64,000 nt of DNA, from positions 3,782,001 to 3,846,000 of the forward strand of contig OU015568.1 of the NCBI GenBank assembly GCA_907165135.1, read 5' to 3'. Source of the stretch: Oikopleura dioica (Eukaryota > Animalia > Chordata). The position numbers and the translations under genes are program-made. Positions 24,501-37,627 of the stretch are shown here, in pieces (within the stretch, counting starts at the first letter, position 1; the number at the start of each line of letters is the position of its first letter). The notes below the pieces were generated by a model that was given only the letters and a program-made list of their open reading frames with translations, ran no database searches and had not been told where the DNA came from.

Positions 24501-27500
24501 GGCCGGCTAGGTAAGCTTACCCTCTTCACCTTTCTATCCTGCCCGCGAGTCCGAACTCGAAGGCTTTTGAAATCAGTATTTCTCGTCTTTCAAGCGTTTA
24601 GTGAAGTTTATCTTCATCCTTTCAGACAGCAATTTTTTCATGAGAATAGACTTTTCGGAAATTTTTGGGATATCTCAGTAGAGCTCGATTACGAAAATTA
24701 ATAGTATAGGTTTTGAAGTACTGACTTTTGGTTTTTCATTGATTGTCTTCTAGAACTTTTATCTTTGTAATGCAAATTAAATTGATTGAAATAGAATTGA
24801 CGGTGGTGATAAGAAAAATCGTGCTGACCCTAGCTAATTTTCTACTGCACGATCAAGCTCAGTGTTTTGGTCTTCGGCACGCGGAGGCGTCCGCGCAGCC
24901 AAAACATGTGACATGAGTTCTTCCAGAAGCCAGCCTCACGCGACTCAACTCGCCATCAATCATTTTTAGTTTCGAAAACACCATAAACAGTATTATTTCT
25001 TGAACTTTTTGTAATAAAATTATTCCAGAATTATCTGATATAATTAGCTCAGTACATCTAGTTCCATCAATCTTGATTCATACAGTACCATATTATATTC
25101 CTCAGGTGACCTGAGTCAGGTCTTTCCAGGTCTTGCATGCGAAATAAGCGATCTTTAAACGCCATTGAGTCCTCTTCAGATAGGCTTCGACAGACAAGCT
25201 ATATTTTTTAATATCTGCCGATAAGAAAGTCCTTTTCAAGAGCTTTAAAATTAGCCTTCCCTTACGACTCGTAAGTTACGAGGTTTTGCTTTCCTTTTTT
25301 TTTATTTCCAAATATCCAAAAATGGGCCCTTTGAGCGTAAAAAAACTACCACTCAAATTGATCGCCTTCTACGAAAGTATGGCAACCTTCGTTCAAAAAT
25401 TCACACTTTTGGCATCGATTTTCTGAGTCGAGAAGTTACCATTAGCATCAAAATCAGAATCATCGGACCGCATCAAAATCACTGAATTATGCACGATTTG
25501 AACTCCAGCGACGCGTTTTTTGACTGACAGTAGGTTCTCACCGTTCGGTTACTTTGTGCGAAAATGGTCAATTTCAGCCAATCGCTCTCCTCCATGTCTC
25601 CATGCGAAAAAGATGCTATAATGCCTGTTTTATTCAAAGAAAGAAAATGCAGCGAAATGATAATAGTAACAAAAAAGCGTAAAGAATAGATACAGATAAA
25701 ACTAAAGAAGAAAACGAATGGTGTGATTAAACTACCCGTCCTTTCTGAATCGCACCCTCTTTTGGCATGTAAGTGACGTAGGTGCCTTCAGTCGTCGCCT
25801 GCTTGTTAAAGACTTGGCCGCGCTCAGAGCGTTGAGCAGAACTTAATTGGAATGGAAAATCAAGATTGACATTCTCCCTATTCGAAATGAACTTACGGGA
25901 GGGGAGGGCGATTTTGCGCATCGTTCAATTCAGATCTCAATCTATCCAAGTCGTTTGCTTCTTTTAGTGGGCAGAATCGTGGACGGATGCATGTGTAGTA
26001 CCAAAATGCCCCCTTGAATTGGATTTAAGGGGGGGGTTCGATAAAGGTTGATAAACACTAACCAGGAGCAAAGAAGATGGAGCAAGAGGGAATATCATCA
26101 TTTGCCATAGACTTGTTTGCGCTTTTAAAATAGAAAGAAAATAATATTCAGAATATCAAAAATATTAATTAATTCAGTCAGATTGGCCGGCAATTTTAAA
26201 ACACTTTGACAGTAAAAGCCTTAAATTAGACTGTAACTGACAGTCTGAATTACAGAACTTGGTCTAAAATACCCTCAAATCTTGTTTTTAATAGACAAAA
26301 ATTGAATAGAGATTATGACTCATAATTATAGTTTTTACTATTTAGAAATGAGCTTATCAATAAGATAGATCATAAAAATTATTTGAAACGTTCCTGAGAT
26401 ATTTCCCTTCATCTTCTTCTTGCATTTTGTTTCTCTTTCTCTCTCTTTTAATATTTCTGTTATGTAAGAGACGAGTTGTTATTTCTCCGAAATCTGTTCT
26501 AATTTGACTTCAAGTTCAAATCTTAATCTCTTCTATGTTGACCGCATATTTTTATGTGTCAATATTGTTTTTTTATCTGACTTCGAAGAATTGAGGTTTG
26601 GTCGGACTGGCTCCTCCCTCTGGGTCGATATGGAAACATATTGCTTGACATTGGACATTCCGCTGCATAATGCACTCGATCGGATTAGCCGCTCATTATT
26701 TCTGAGCCCGATTCTAAATCCGTACAGATGTAAAATCATCAGCTCTGCAAATCACTCCAGGATAAGCAGAAGATCTATCTAAAGCCGGCCAACAATCACA
26801 ATATTGAGATAGATTGACCTTCAGAAATCATTATTCGAATTCAATTTGCTTCATCTACCGAGTAATCGATTTTGATAAGGAAAAACGACTATTTGAAGAC
26901 TTACAAAAATGAGCTATTATAATTATTGATACCTTCTTAGTCTTATTTTTCTAGCTTCCAAGATGGCAATTGGAGCATTTTGGTCCTTTTTTTGAGAATC
27001 TTCGTAAGAGGCCTTTAGTCTTCAACGCTAGAATTTTTGGTATAAATAGGTTTTTGGCTTTATTCGGCCTTAACGATGATTTTTGATGATTGCCCCGAAA
27101 ACTAAGCCAAAATTAGCGACACCAACCGAGCCTTGTTTCATGCCTGGAGGACCCCTCCTAGTGGAAGAATTATAAATTGAAAGAAGAATAATCTCCTACC
27201 AGGGAATCATCGGTAAAAGTCAGTAAAATATCTTAATAAAATTATCAAGTTGTTAATCATTAATTATCATTGTAATAAAATATAATTTTATATTTCGGAT
27301 TTTTTATTTCGGAGTCACCAAAAAGACAATTTATGTTATGTTGTTTAAAACAAAAAACAGGCCTACTAAGCCTGGATAACCAAAGTTTTTCTTCCATAAA
27401 GAAATCTGTCAAAGAAGAAAACTGGGCCATCATTCTGTCCAATATATCAATCGTTCTTATTGGCAATCTGGCTTGCTGGTCATTAAAAGTTAACATAAAT

Positions 27501-28046
27501 GGATCATTGTCAAGTGTAGACATCTTTAGAGTTCTTACTTAGAACACACTACTAAAATTCATTCCAGTCATTTTCATCAAAAATCACTTATTCTTCGATA
27601 CCTTGCTTTCCGAAAATTTCAATGATAATGAATAATTGAATTTTTAATTATCTTATTTCTGCGATCTCTCATAATATGAGGGTAATAATCAATAATTATT
27701 TCGAAACTGGTCTAGCTTCCAATTGCTATTCCAAAAACGAGCCGACTGCTGGTGTTATCCGTTTGTTATTACAACTCATTCTGCCTCTTACTTAATTTTA
27801 CCGATCGCGTTTGTAGTTAAATGCTGAGCAGCGTTTTCCGTAAAAACAATTGTCGTTCACAAGAAAATGAAGTTATTGATTTCTACATGAAAATTCTGAG
27901 GGGCTAACCGTTTTCCGACGACAAGCGGTGTAGATAACAAACACGGGGAAGACATGCAGCGGGGTATAAAACCGCTACGAAAAAAGAAAGAATCATTCTT
28001 TTCTTCAGAAGAGAGAGATTCGACGCAGAGAGAGAAATTTACAAAA

Positions 28047-29210
28047 ATGAAGGTTTGTTTCTTTGAGAAGATTTTCTGTAATAAGAAAATTTTTCTCATA
28101 GAAATCGAATAAATAATTAGTTTTTTTCCTTGAAATTCACAAAATTATCATTTTTTCGATTTATTACTCGAAAAATAAATTTTGAACGAAAAATTTTAAT
28201 AAATTAAAATTTTGTTTTTCAAATCGAAATCCGTACTTTTTTCGCTGATTTTAACCCTAACCCTAGATTGCCTGGACACTCGCCGCCCTTGCATCAGCCC
28301 GTGGGTTAGGAGAAGAAGAAGACCAAAGAATCTGGAGCCCAGATTTGACCGAAGCACAGATCACCCAAAATCTCCAAATCGGCGAGACTTTCAGCTGGTC
28401 CGTTCCGGTGTTCCCGGATGGCAACGGAGACCCACGATACTTGCCCAACCAGTACTACCGGATCTACGTCACGGTTCCGGAAAATACTGCAGTCAAACTC
28501 TCGTTCGGCGCCGTCTTCGACGTTGAAGAGCCTGGCATCACGAATCAGTGCACAAACGATGCTGCCATCGTCTTCAACGGCCCAGACGGCAATTACGAGC
28601 TCGGCCGATACTGTGGAAACTCGCTTCCTGAGCCCGTCTTCGGCACTCGACAGGACATGACCCTCGTCTTCAAAACCAACGAAAACTCCGTCGTCCACGA
28701 AGGATTCACGGCTACTTTCGAAGTCATCGATTTGGAAGAACACGTCATCTCCTGGAATTTGATTCACAACGCTTTCGAGGATCTCAAATCCGAGATCTTC
28801 GAGGGTCACGATCATAAGCGAGATCACATTCAGGACAAAAAGGTAATTTTTTTACTTTTTGAAAAAAACCTTCTCAAACTTAAATTCAGGCAATACACTT
28901 CCAAAGAATCTACAATCGATTCGCTTGGATGAGCATCCACAGCAGATCTGACGGCCAGTGCGCAGTGCCAGCCGTGCCGACTTCAGAAGGCTTCATCCCA
29001 CCAACATCGGATTACAGCGATCCTTGCTATGCCATCGGCAATTTTATCCACTCGATCCGCAGCTTTCACGCTGCCTATGTCTGCCAGGATAATATTCCGA
29101 TGGACGCTGAAAATCGACGAAAAATTCCATCAAAAACCCTGCGGATGCTCAAGACCCAGGAAGACAATTTCACCAATAAGAAATTCCACGCAATGGGCTG
29201 CCTCTTGTAA
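28047..29210 (+). CDS. Secreted CUB-domain protein with Cys-containing C-terminal extension (oikosin-like architecture)
   Basis: TATA-like GTATAAAA ~27963; MK|IAWTLAALASA signal; CUB motifs YLPNQ..VKLSF..FDVE..CTNDA..LGRYCGNSLP..LVFKTN..GFTATF. Confidence 0.85.
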
Positions 29211-29813
29211 CTGATCTCTCCTGTCCTCTAAAAATCGATCTAATGAAGAAAAGAAAATCTCCTGTACAAAATCATCCGACAAATGAAAACTCAAGCTTGA
29301 CTATAAGAAGAAAAATTTAAAAAGAATTATACTTTCTTCTGCTTATTTAAATGTGTGCTTTTTTACATTTTTTCAATAAAATAAATTTCAAATCAAAACT
29401 TCCGCCTCTTATCTGAAAATACCTCGAGCCAATAAAAAGGCTGTATTTGGCAAGCCGGCCAATAAGACCGTCGCCAAAGCAAATTTGATTGAAAAATTGC
29501 TCATTCGTAATTTGTAGTAAGCAGAAAAAGCCCGGTCTGGGGAAACTAATATTTTGACAATAGATATTGTTATCTTGTCTTGTCTTATTTCTATCAAATT
29601 CATTAAATTTGCGAAACTCAAAACAAGTTTGTCTTCAAAACTTTTAGTTTCCATTTGGACTTACTAATTGAATTCTCCGTACTCATGGAGTACGAACATC
29701 TGTTTTATGCAATTATTGCAAATTGCTGAGAAATTAGTCAAAGGACCATTTTTATTCATTTGATCAATTTAAATGCAAAATTGTGCTGGATTCACAAATT
29801 TCTGCAATAGTTA

Positions 29814-32635
29814 CTACTGCTTGACATTGAATTGAACAGAGTTAGTGTAAAGGGATCTATTGACTTCTGCAGATCTTCGTTTTCTAGAGCCGCAGCCGGG
29901 GTCAACAGAGCAGAGGGAGCCACTATCGTGTTCGTCACAGACGTAAATCTAAGAAAATAAAAGACGAAAGGGGATATAGAGACTTACAGAGCAACTGAGC
30001 TGCATTTGCGATTGTTCGGACCAGTTTCGCGATTTGGATGGGAACAAAAATGACATGAAGGAGAAGGTGATCATTTCCGAATCAGAGTAGCTGCCGATGC
30101 TCGTTTCGATGATTGGCTCACCGCATTGGGCGTCGATCATGGTCAGGCTCATTCCAGCGGCGGGATCTTCGATCACGCATTCCTATATTCAAAAATGAGG
30201 AAAAGTGAGAATATTTCTTTGTTTACCTCAATGGTGAATTCAAGCCCCGCAACAGGAACATCGACGCTAACGGCGGCGTAGATGGTATCGCCAACGCTGA
30301 CGATTTTGTTTTCCATATCCATCAGCGTATCGAAGCTCTCGTCCTCGTAGAATGCCAGGGTGTACGAGAAAGCGCCAAAAGCGGGTTGTTCATCACCAAC
30401 GCCGAAGGTTACTTCAATCGGAGCAGAAGCCAAAGAAGTGTTACCAAAGAGACCGTTGCCAGTGGTGGTCAGATTGACATTGGCGCCGACAGCGAAATCG
30501 CAGGAGAACTCGAGTTGAACTGGCTTGGAGGTCATGATTCCGCCAGTGACGCCTCCTGGAGCGAGAAGGTAATTCTTAAAAAGACTGTAAGCAGAATTTC
30601 AACAATTTGGCCAAGAGACTTGCTGCCTCAAAGCCACATTTTCTTTATAAAAAGGTGTTTTTTTCTTTCGATTTAATGCAGTTATTCACAAAGACGTTTA
30701 AGCGATAGCACATAAATATTTAAATGAAGGTACTTAAAATGATTTTCTTGGTGGATTGCGATCACTCCTTAGATAAAAGAAAAAGAGGTTGAGAAAATGA
30801 GATTCTTTTCCTTTTTCCTAGGCGCTTTTCTTTACACAGACTTTTGTCGAGGATTTCAGGTACCGTTTCTTTTCAACGCGAGAGGACCTGTCAAAAAATG
30901 ATGGTAAAGCTCAACCCTTTTTAGGTCTCGAAACGTCACTGGTATGGAAAAGTCCTTGACAATGCTGTTAAAATGACGGACAAGTCGCACGATGTCGTCG
31001 ATCACATTGACAGTGAAAGAGACACAACGCACTTTCACTACCCAAAACAAGTCTACACGAAAATGATCTCAACATATTTTGACAAAATGTTCCCCGAGGA
31101 AAACTACTAAATAAAACAAACTGCAATTACTTACGGTAAAAGTGACGACGTCGTCATCAAGAATGAAAGCCGTGTCGCATCCGTCAAGGGTCGTGTCGAG
31201 AGTGAATGTATCATCGGCGAGAGTGGCAGTGCAGTCGGTGTCGAGAAGGGTTGGCGCGGATACGCCGGGGAGGACGCATTGGTGAAGAGAAAGAGACATG
31301 CCAGTTGGCGAGCAGGTGATTTCAGCAAGATCGCTCTGTGGCAGGCAAGTTTTTCCATCTTCTTTCATGCTCCAGCAGTCTGGGCAAGAGCACATGTTGT
31401 TGTTGCAGTAGTGCGAGCAGCCTCCATTGAAACCGTCGTTACAGTCGGCAGGAGCTAGAATTCAATGTAAAAAATTTCGCATTCTTCAGAGAAAAAAGTT
31501 CCAAAAAGAAAAAAAATGAGCCAATAAGAAAGCTCTATCCACCCAAGAGGCCATCAGAATCAAAAATATACAAACGCTAATTCATAGCGAGTTTTTCTAT
31601 CAAAATTTGTGTGAAAATTTGTTTGGAGTTTATTCTTACGTGGAGGCATCAAATGACCGCCGCGAGTCTCTTGAATAAAAACAGGTAAAAAAGTGGCAAG
31701 AAGTTTCATTTTTTTCTCTCAAATGTCAATCTTGATCGAATGAAAATATTTTGTGAAAACGTTTGGTTTAAGAATAACGTCTGGCGCTGGAGTCTATTTG
31801 GGGTTACGACGCTGCGGTTTACCGTCAGGAAACGTGTCTCTAATCGAATGCGATATGCAATCGTATGGTTTTGCATATTCGAGTTGATTTCTATTCAAAA
31901 AGGCTTTTTCGTGGCAAAGAAAAAAGGCAAGAGAAAAGGTTTTTTCATGCATTACCTGGCTCATTTGTCGTCGTTGAAATTGACGTTGTTGAGGTTGTTG
32001 GTGGAGCAGTTGTTGTTGAGGTTGTTGATGTTGTTGATGAAGTTGTTGTGATAACCGTAGTTGTTGTAGAGGCTGTTGAGGTGGTTTCGTACTCTGTCGT
32101 AGTTGTTGATGTTGATTGAGTTGATGTTGTCGTCGACGTTGTCGTCGACGATGTAGTTGATGCATCTGTTGTCGTCGACGATGTTGTTGATGGATCCGTT
32201 GTCGTTGTTGAAGATGAAGTAGAATAGTCACTAGTTGTAGAAGTCGTTGACGTCGTCGTTGACGTTGAATATTCAAAAGTAGAAGTTGTTGAAAGTTCAG
32301 AAGTTGTCACCGTTGTCGAAGCAGTTGTGGTCGATGATGGATCCAAATCACAGCCCGAAGTATCCGTGTTAAATGGCCAGTCGCAGTTATTAATCGCCGG
32401 GTTAAAGACTGTTCCCGTACCGCAATTTTGAATATGAGTTACTCCATGGGCGCAGTTGTAAAATTTCTCGCAATCCCAAGGGTATTGATAGAGTCCATCT
32501 GTTCTACCATCGCAGAAATCATCGAAGACTGAGGCAGCTTTTGAAACCGAAGAAAGCTGAAAATGGATGAAAAACTCGTATTTTGAAAAAATCCTTCAAA
32601 ATTTTTTTTCTTACCAAAAGCGCCGAAATCTTCAT
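29814..32635 (-). CDS. Secreted CBM14 (chitin-binding type 2) - Thr/Ser mucin linker - EGF - ZP domain protein ending after an RKRR furin site
   Basis: MKISALL|LSSVSKA signal; FCDGRTDGLYQYPWDCEKFYNCAHG..NCGTGTVFNPAINNCDWP; Thr-rich ORF 31945-32346; EGF GGCSHYC..CSC..DGKTC; ZP-like exons 31395-29950; IYVC..C..CGSRKRRS; no TM helix seen. Confidence 0.85.
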
Positions 32636-34169
32636 TTGAAAATTCTCTGAAGTTTTTTCTTATTTTCTTGTCGAAAAAAAAGAACGAAAAACTGAATTTT
32701 CGCTCTGACAAGTCCTTTATATCAGGATTGGAAAGACGGATTATGTTATTTTCTAAAACAACTTGCCGCGCTAAAAAAAGACCTTCTTATCAGAAAAAAT
32801 GTTATCGCTTGTCAGAAGCCTGAGTAGACACGTGTTACATTGTTTCCACAACGAATTACGATATAACGTGAATTATAAGTGGTCTTATTTCAACTAGCGC
32901 CTGGGCATCTTATTATCGTATTTGCTTTCCTAGTGCTCTTTCTTTTTATCGTTCTATTTGTAAATTTAAACTGTATTTGCCTCCTTTTTATCAAAAACAT
33001 TAAGAATGATAACGAACATTTGGCCGAAAATGGCCATTATCACCTGAAAGCTGCAGCCTGCAATTGTCCAAGGAACTAGAAAACGAAGCAAATGGCTCTT
33101 TTCTTGGATTTTCAAGCCTTATCCTGTGATTTGGTGGAGCAGTTTATTGAAAAATATCAAGTAATAGAGCAGTCCATTTCAGAATCGTCGTTGTCGCAGC
33201 CTTCAATCTTGATCAACAGTCCAATCGCAACTATAAATGAAAAAACTCCCAATTAATCTTGAAAAAATGACTTACGAAGGACTCCGATGGAACTGAGCAT
33301 GATGAGGGGGAGAAGAAAAGTGCAAAGATTTCTCATTTTGACTCTCAAAATTTCAAATGAAGACTCAGATATTAAAAATCGAAGAAGCGATGGTCAGTTA
33401 TTCAAACAGTCGTCATTGATGGTCGCGGTAAAATTTAAGTAACTTGATATTTGATCCTCGTTTGATCTTTTATGGGAAATTCTGTAATCTTTTTTCGAAT
33501 AGGAAAGATTCTAGTATTTTGCTTTATTGTTAAATGCTGGCAGTGATAAGAAAATGATAATTTCTTCTAGCACAGGTGACGGACTAAAACTTAGTCTTTT
33601 ATTGAAGGTGTTAGTGGTCTAGTAGGTTTGATCTTTGATTTCAAAAGTGACTTGAAAAGATAAGAAATATATTTTTATTTTTAGAGGATTATTTAGTTGG
33701 TCTTATCTTTTCCTGGTTTACTATCTTTCTGTCGCCGGAGTTGAATAATTTTTCTCGGGCTTGAACTAAATTTTCGTTAAGGATAATTCGAGGGACTGTA
33801 TTTTCTACCTGTATCTTCTCAAATTCGGCACAGAAAACCACCTTCCAATCTTGACCGGACAATCGGCTTTTGAAGTGGAAAAATATCGAATTCTAAGTTG
33901 CCCCTGCAGCTCGTAACCCATTATCCATCTTAATAAAAATTTAAAGCGCCCCTTAAATGGACCAGAATGCTCCTTACCCGTAGTAGAGACGGCGCCCAAC
34001 CCGGAAATTTGCCTTTCTTATGAATAAATTGATATTCTGGCCTCTGCGGTTCGTCGTCATTCGAGTCCATTTTGGCGCGAGCGGCAATTTATGATACAAT
34101 CCACTGTATATCTTGCTTTGTCTGGACTCAAAAAAACTTCCATGCAGTATGGACGATACTACATATAAG

Positions 34170-34411
34170 CTGGGCTCGGCAACCTGAGTAGAAAACCCGA
34201 GTCAGACTCTGGAGAGCTAAAATGAAAAGCCGCGAAGCGGCTTTTATAGAAACGAAGCCGCAAAGCGGCTTTGCAAAAAATCATATAACTTTTTCTTAAA
34301 CTTCTGGCGAAGCCGCTTTGCGGCTTCGTTTTGAAAAAGCCGCTACGCGGCTTTTCATTTTAGCTCTTCCAGAGCCTTACTCAGGTTTTCTACTCAGGTT
34401 GCCGAGCCGAG
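34170..34411. mobile_element. hAT-type MITE (242 bp)
   Basis: TIR CTGGGCTCGGCAACCTGAGTAGAAAACC / GGTTTTCTACTCAGGTTGCCGAGCCGAG; 8-bp TSD CATATAAG (34162-34169, 34412-34419); internal AAGCCGC..GCGGCTT palindromes. Confidence 0.9.
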
Positions 34412-34747
34412 CATATAAGTTATTGGAGAATCTTCAGAAGCTCTCTGCTATGGTTATTTATGCGATAGTTAGCAAAACAATTTGTCAAAATCAGCAGGAG
34501 TCGTTTGAGAAAAGACCGGATAAATTATGTTAATTGGGCTTTTAGGAAGATTTATTACTTGAGCTTGAAAGCGTCTTTTAAGTCCGGGCCTTGTTGATTT
34601 CTGACGAGTCGCCGCTTTTTCGAAAAGCTGGAGGAAATGGCGTTGAAAATTTCAATCTCGGAGCATTGCTCTAGAATTTGAGTAAAATGGATAAAAAGAA
34701 GGCTTATTTAGATCAGTTATTTATTATTATTGCTGACTTATCCGTTG

Positions 34748-35364
34748 CCAATGCATCAAAACAACTCTAAAGCCGCCTTCCAACTCATTTTTGGCTCAGA
34801 AAAAGCGACAAATTGCCAGTTACCTGGTAATTTCTCGCATTTTCACATTAGTCTCTCAAGAAGAAAAAATGTTCTTCTTTTTCCTAACATTTTTCAGCGC
34901 CAGTTTTGGACTGTGACTGCGATAAATTGCCCGCGAATGGACCGGAAGCTGAAGGCGTCTGTGAGGAAGTTGACCGAAGAAGTATAAAAATGCTTTTTAC
35001 TTGTCCGACAAATCCGGCAAATTCGAAGGTAAAAGAGAAAATAAAGAAAAAGAAAATTTTTCACGCGAATTTTCTAGCGCTTCCGAGGAAAATGCAGGCA
35101 AGTCTCAAAAGCAAAATCATTCTCCCTCCCCATGCCCTGTGGCGAGTTAGACTGTCGATGCAAGGACGAAATGGCTATTTTCGCTGCTGATCGTGGCGCT
35201 GCCTCGCAATGCTGGAGCGGGGGCAAAAACCAACATATAGAATTTTCTGCGACAAGAACGGAAATGGAATTTGGGATGATGGCGAAGAAAGAAGGCAGAG
35301 CAAGATAAAATGTACTGCTGCGGGAGTTATCAAGAGACAAAACTTCGGCAATTTCAGCTGCTAA
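34748..35364 (+). CDS. Small Cys-rich secreted-type protein, tandem copy 1 (5' end uncertain)
   Basis: Exons DCDCDKLPANGPEAEGVCEE..LFTCP|..PMPCGELDCRC..QCW..IFCDKNGNGIWDDGEE..KCTAAGVIKRQNFGNFSC*. Confidence 0.7.
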
Positions 35365-35422
35365 AAATTCGTTCCTGTTTATCAGTTATTTTTACTTTCT
35401 AGGATTTTAAATAAAATTTTAC

Positions 35423-36169
35423 ATGTCAAAATTTGCCAATTTTTCTTCCTCGAATCTTTTCTTTTTGAGCGGACAAAATGATGAGGATTTTCCAAGAAAA
35501 GTTTTATTTGTTAATTATAATCAAATCAATTTGTCAATAAATAAACTCAGCATCAGTGCTCCAAAACTGCCCTCAAAACGGCGTTTCAACCCGCTTCTCG
35601 TCAGAAAAAGCGAAAAATTGCCAGTTACCTGGTCATTTCTCGCATTTTCAAGACACAATGCTTTGGAATGATAAGACACAGTCTTATCATTTTCCCTTCC
35701 TAACTTTTTCAGAACCAATTCTTGACTGCAATTGCGACAGAAAACCTGCTAATGGACCAGATGCCGAAGGTTTTTGCGAAGAAGTTGGAAGAAAAACGAT
35801 TCAGATGCTGTTTACTTGCCCTTCGAATCCATCGAATTTCAGAGTAAGAAAAAAGAGAAAAAATCGCTAGAATTATTTCAGCGCTTCAATGGAAAGTGCA
35901 AGAGAGTTTCAAAAGCAAAAGCTTTCTCCCTCCCCATGCCCTGCGGCGAGTTAAACTGCAAATGCAAGAACGCAATGGCAACCCTAGCTGCTGATCGGGG
36001 TGCTGTTGCTCAGTGCTGGACAGCAGCAAAGAAGCCGACGTACAGAATTTTCTGCGACACGAACGGAAACGGAGTTTGGGATAATGGCGAATCGAGAAGA
36101 GATAGCAAGATCAAGTGCACCGCTGCTGGAGTTGTCAAAAAGCATAACTTTGGCAATTTCAATTGTTAA
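35423..36169 (+). CDS. Small Cys-rich secreted-type protein, tandem copy 2 (5' end uncertain)
   Basis: Paralog of copy 1 with the same exon layout: DCNCDRKPANGPDAEGFCEE..IFCDTNGNGVWDNGES..NFGNFNC*. Confidence 0.7.
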
Positions 36170-37306
36170 TTTCAAAATATTCAAACTGTAAGATCTCTTG
36201 TAGAATAATGAGATATTCAATAAATTTCTTATGTAAATAATGACAAATATTTCTGATTCTTTTTTTGACCAAAGAAAGCTTTCATAAATAATAGTCGAAA
36301 AGCCGCTTGCGGCTTTGAGCTAAAGAAGAGAATAAATTAGCCGCGCTTTTCGCGGCTTTATTCTCTCATTCAAGAATTCTTGGAAAAATTTATTAAATTT
36401 TCAGCGCGGCTTTTTGTTCCTTTTTTCTTTCTCAAAGGAAATATTTTCTGCATAGTTGGGTGGTCAGAAAAAATCTGGACTAGGCCTGTCGCGATCAAAC
36501 ATTTACAGCTCGCAAAAACTGCCGTAAATTGTAATGTGCGCGTTTAACAATGTTGTAAAATGGAGATAAAGATGATGAATTCACGATTAAAGCACTCGTT
36601 CTATCGCGGATTTATCATTTTCGAGATAAGATTATTGCTCTTATTGGAGTTTTTTCGCAAAATTATGATCCAAAGGAATTTCAATTATCTTTATTTTCAC
36701 CCTAACCTAGGGTGAGCGGCTTTAAAAAGCCAAAAGAAAAGCCGCTTGCGGCTTTGCACAAAAGAATCAGAAGAAATTTTCAACCAATCAGAAACCTGGA
36801 ATCGACTAACAGGCGAATCAGCACTCGAGTAGCTGCCCACGCAAACAGCCCTTGAAAAATCCTTGAATAATCCACCCTTCTTATGTAATATGTCAAAAAA
36901 CTTAATTATCAAGCAAAAAGCTTCTTTTGTCATTAATGTCAAATTAATCATGTTATCGAAGCTGCGGGCGAAAATCCGGCGGAAGCGGTTAAATTGCCAA
37001 ATCCATTCCGGTAGCGACGATTTAATTGTAAAATCTCATCGTCTTAGAGTCGCCTTAAAGTTCCTGTCTGCTCGAATTTGCGGATTTTGCAATTTCTAGT
37101 TGTTCTTCAAAATGAAATCTGCACCTGATGGTTGAGAAAATAATGGGAAAAGCCGCAAGTACAAAACCAGAAAAAATGGCTTTACAACGAGCTTTGTCTT
37201 TCACACAAGAACTTCGGCGCCAGTTTCGAAATTGCAAAAACGAGTTGTGAAAGCAAAAATTTTAGGGTTGAAATTTTAAAGCTGCAAAACTAGAAATTAA
37301 AAATTT

Positions 37307-37627
37307 TCTCATTTATTGGCAGCGACTAGTTTCGGAAATAGATTCCTTCGTCAGGCTATAAGGTCAATGAACAGTTAACCCAGAAACAAGATGTTACCTC
37401 TGAGAAGCGAAAAGCGCGTCTGAGTAACAAGCGAGATTACAAAACGAGATATTTGAGCGTAACAGAAATTGCAAAAGGGGCGCCAAGGATGCAAAAAGGG
37501 GGCATTTAACTCAGACGCGCTTTACGCTTCTCAGAGGTAACATCTTGTTTCTGGGTTAACTGTTCATTGACCTTATAGCCTGACGAAGGAATCTATTTCC
37601 GAAACTAGTCGCTGCCAATAAATGAGA
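37307..37627. mobile_element. Foldback/MITE (~320 bp, ~119 bp arms)
   Basis: 37307-37425 is the reverse complement of 37509-37627 with one mismatch; TSD not resolved. Confidence 0.8.

Noticed and set aside
24830-26110. Small minus-strand membrane-protein gene (GAFWYYTCIRPRFCPL..)
   Set aside because: Some plausible exons, but frame continuity and the stop could not be established.
28252-28266. TAACCCTAACCC telomere-like repeat
   Set aside because: Only two units, located at an intron 3' end; consistent with chance.
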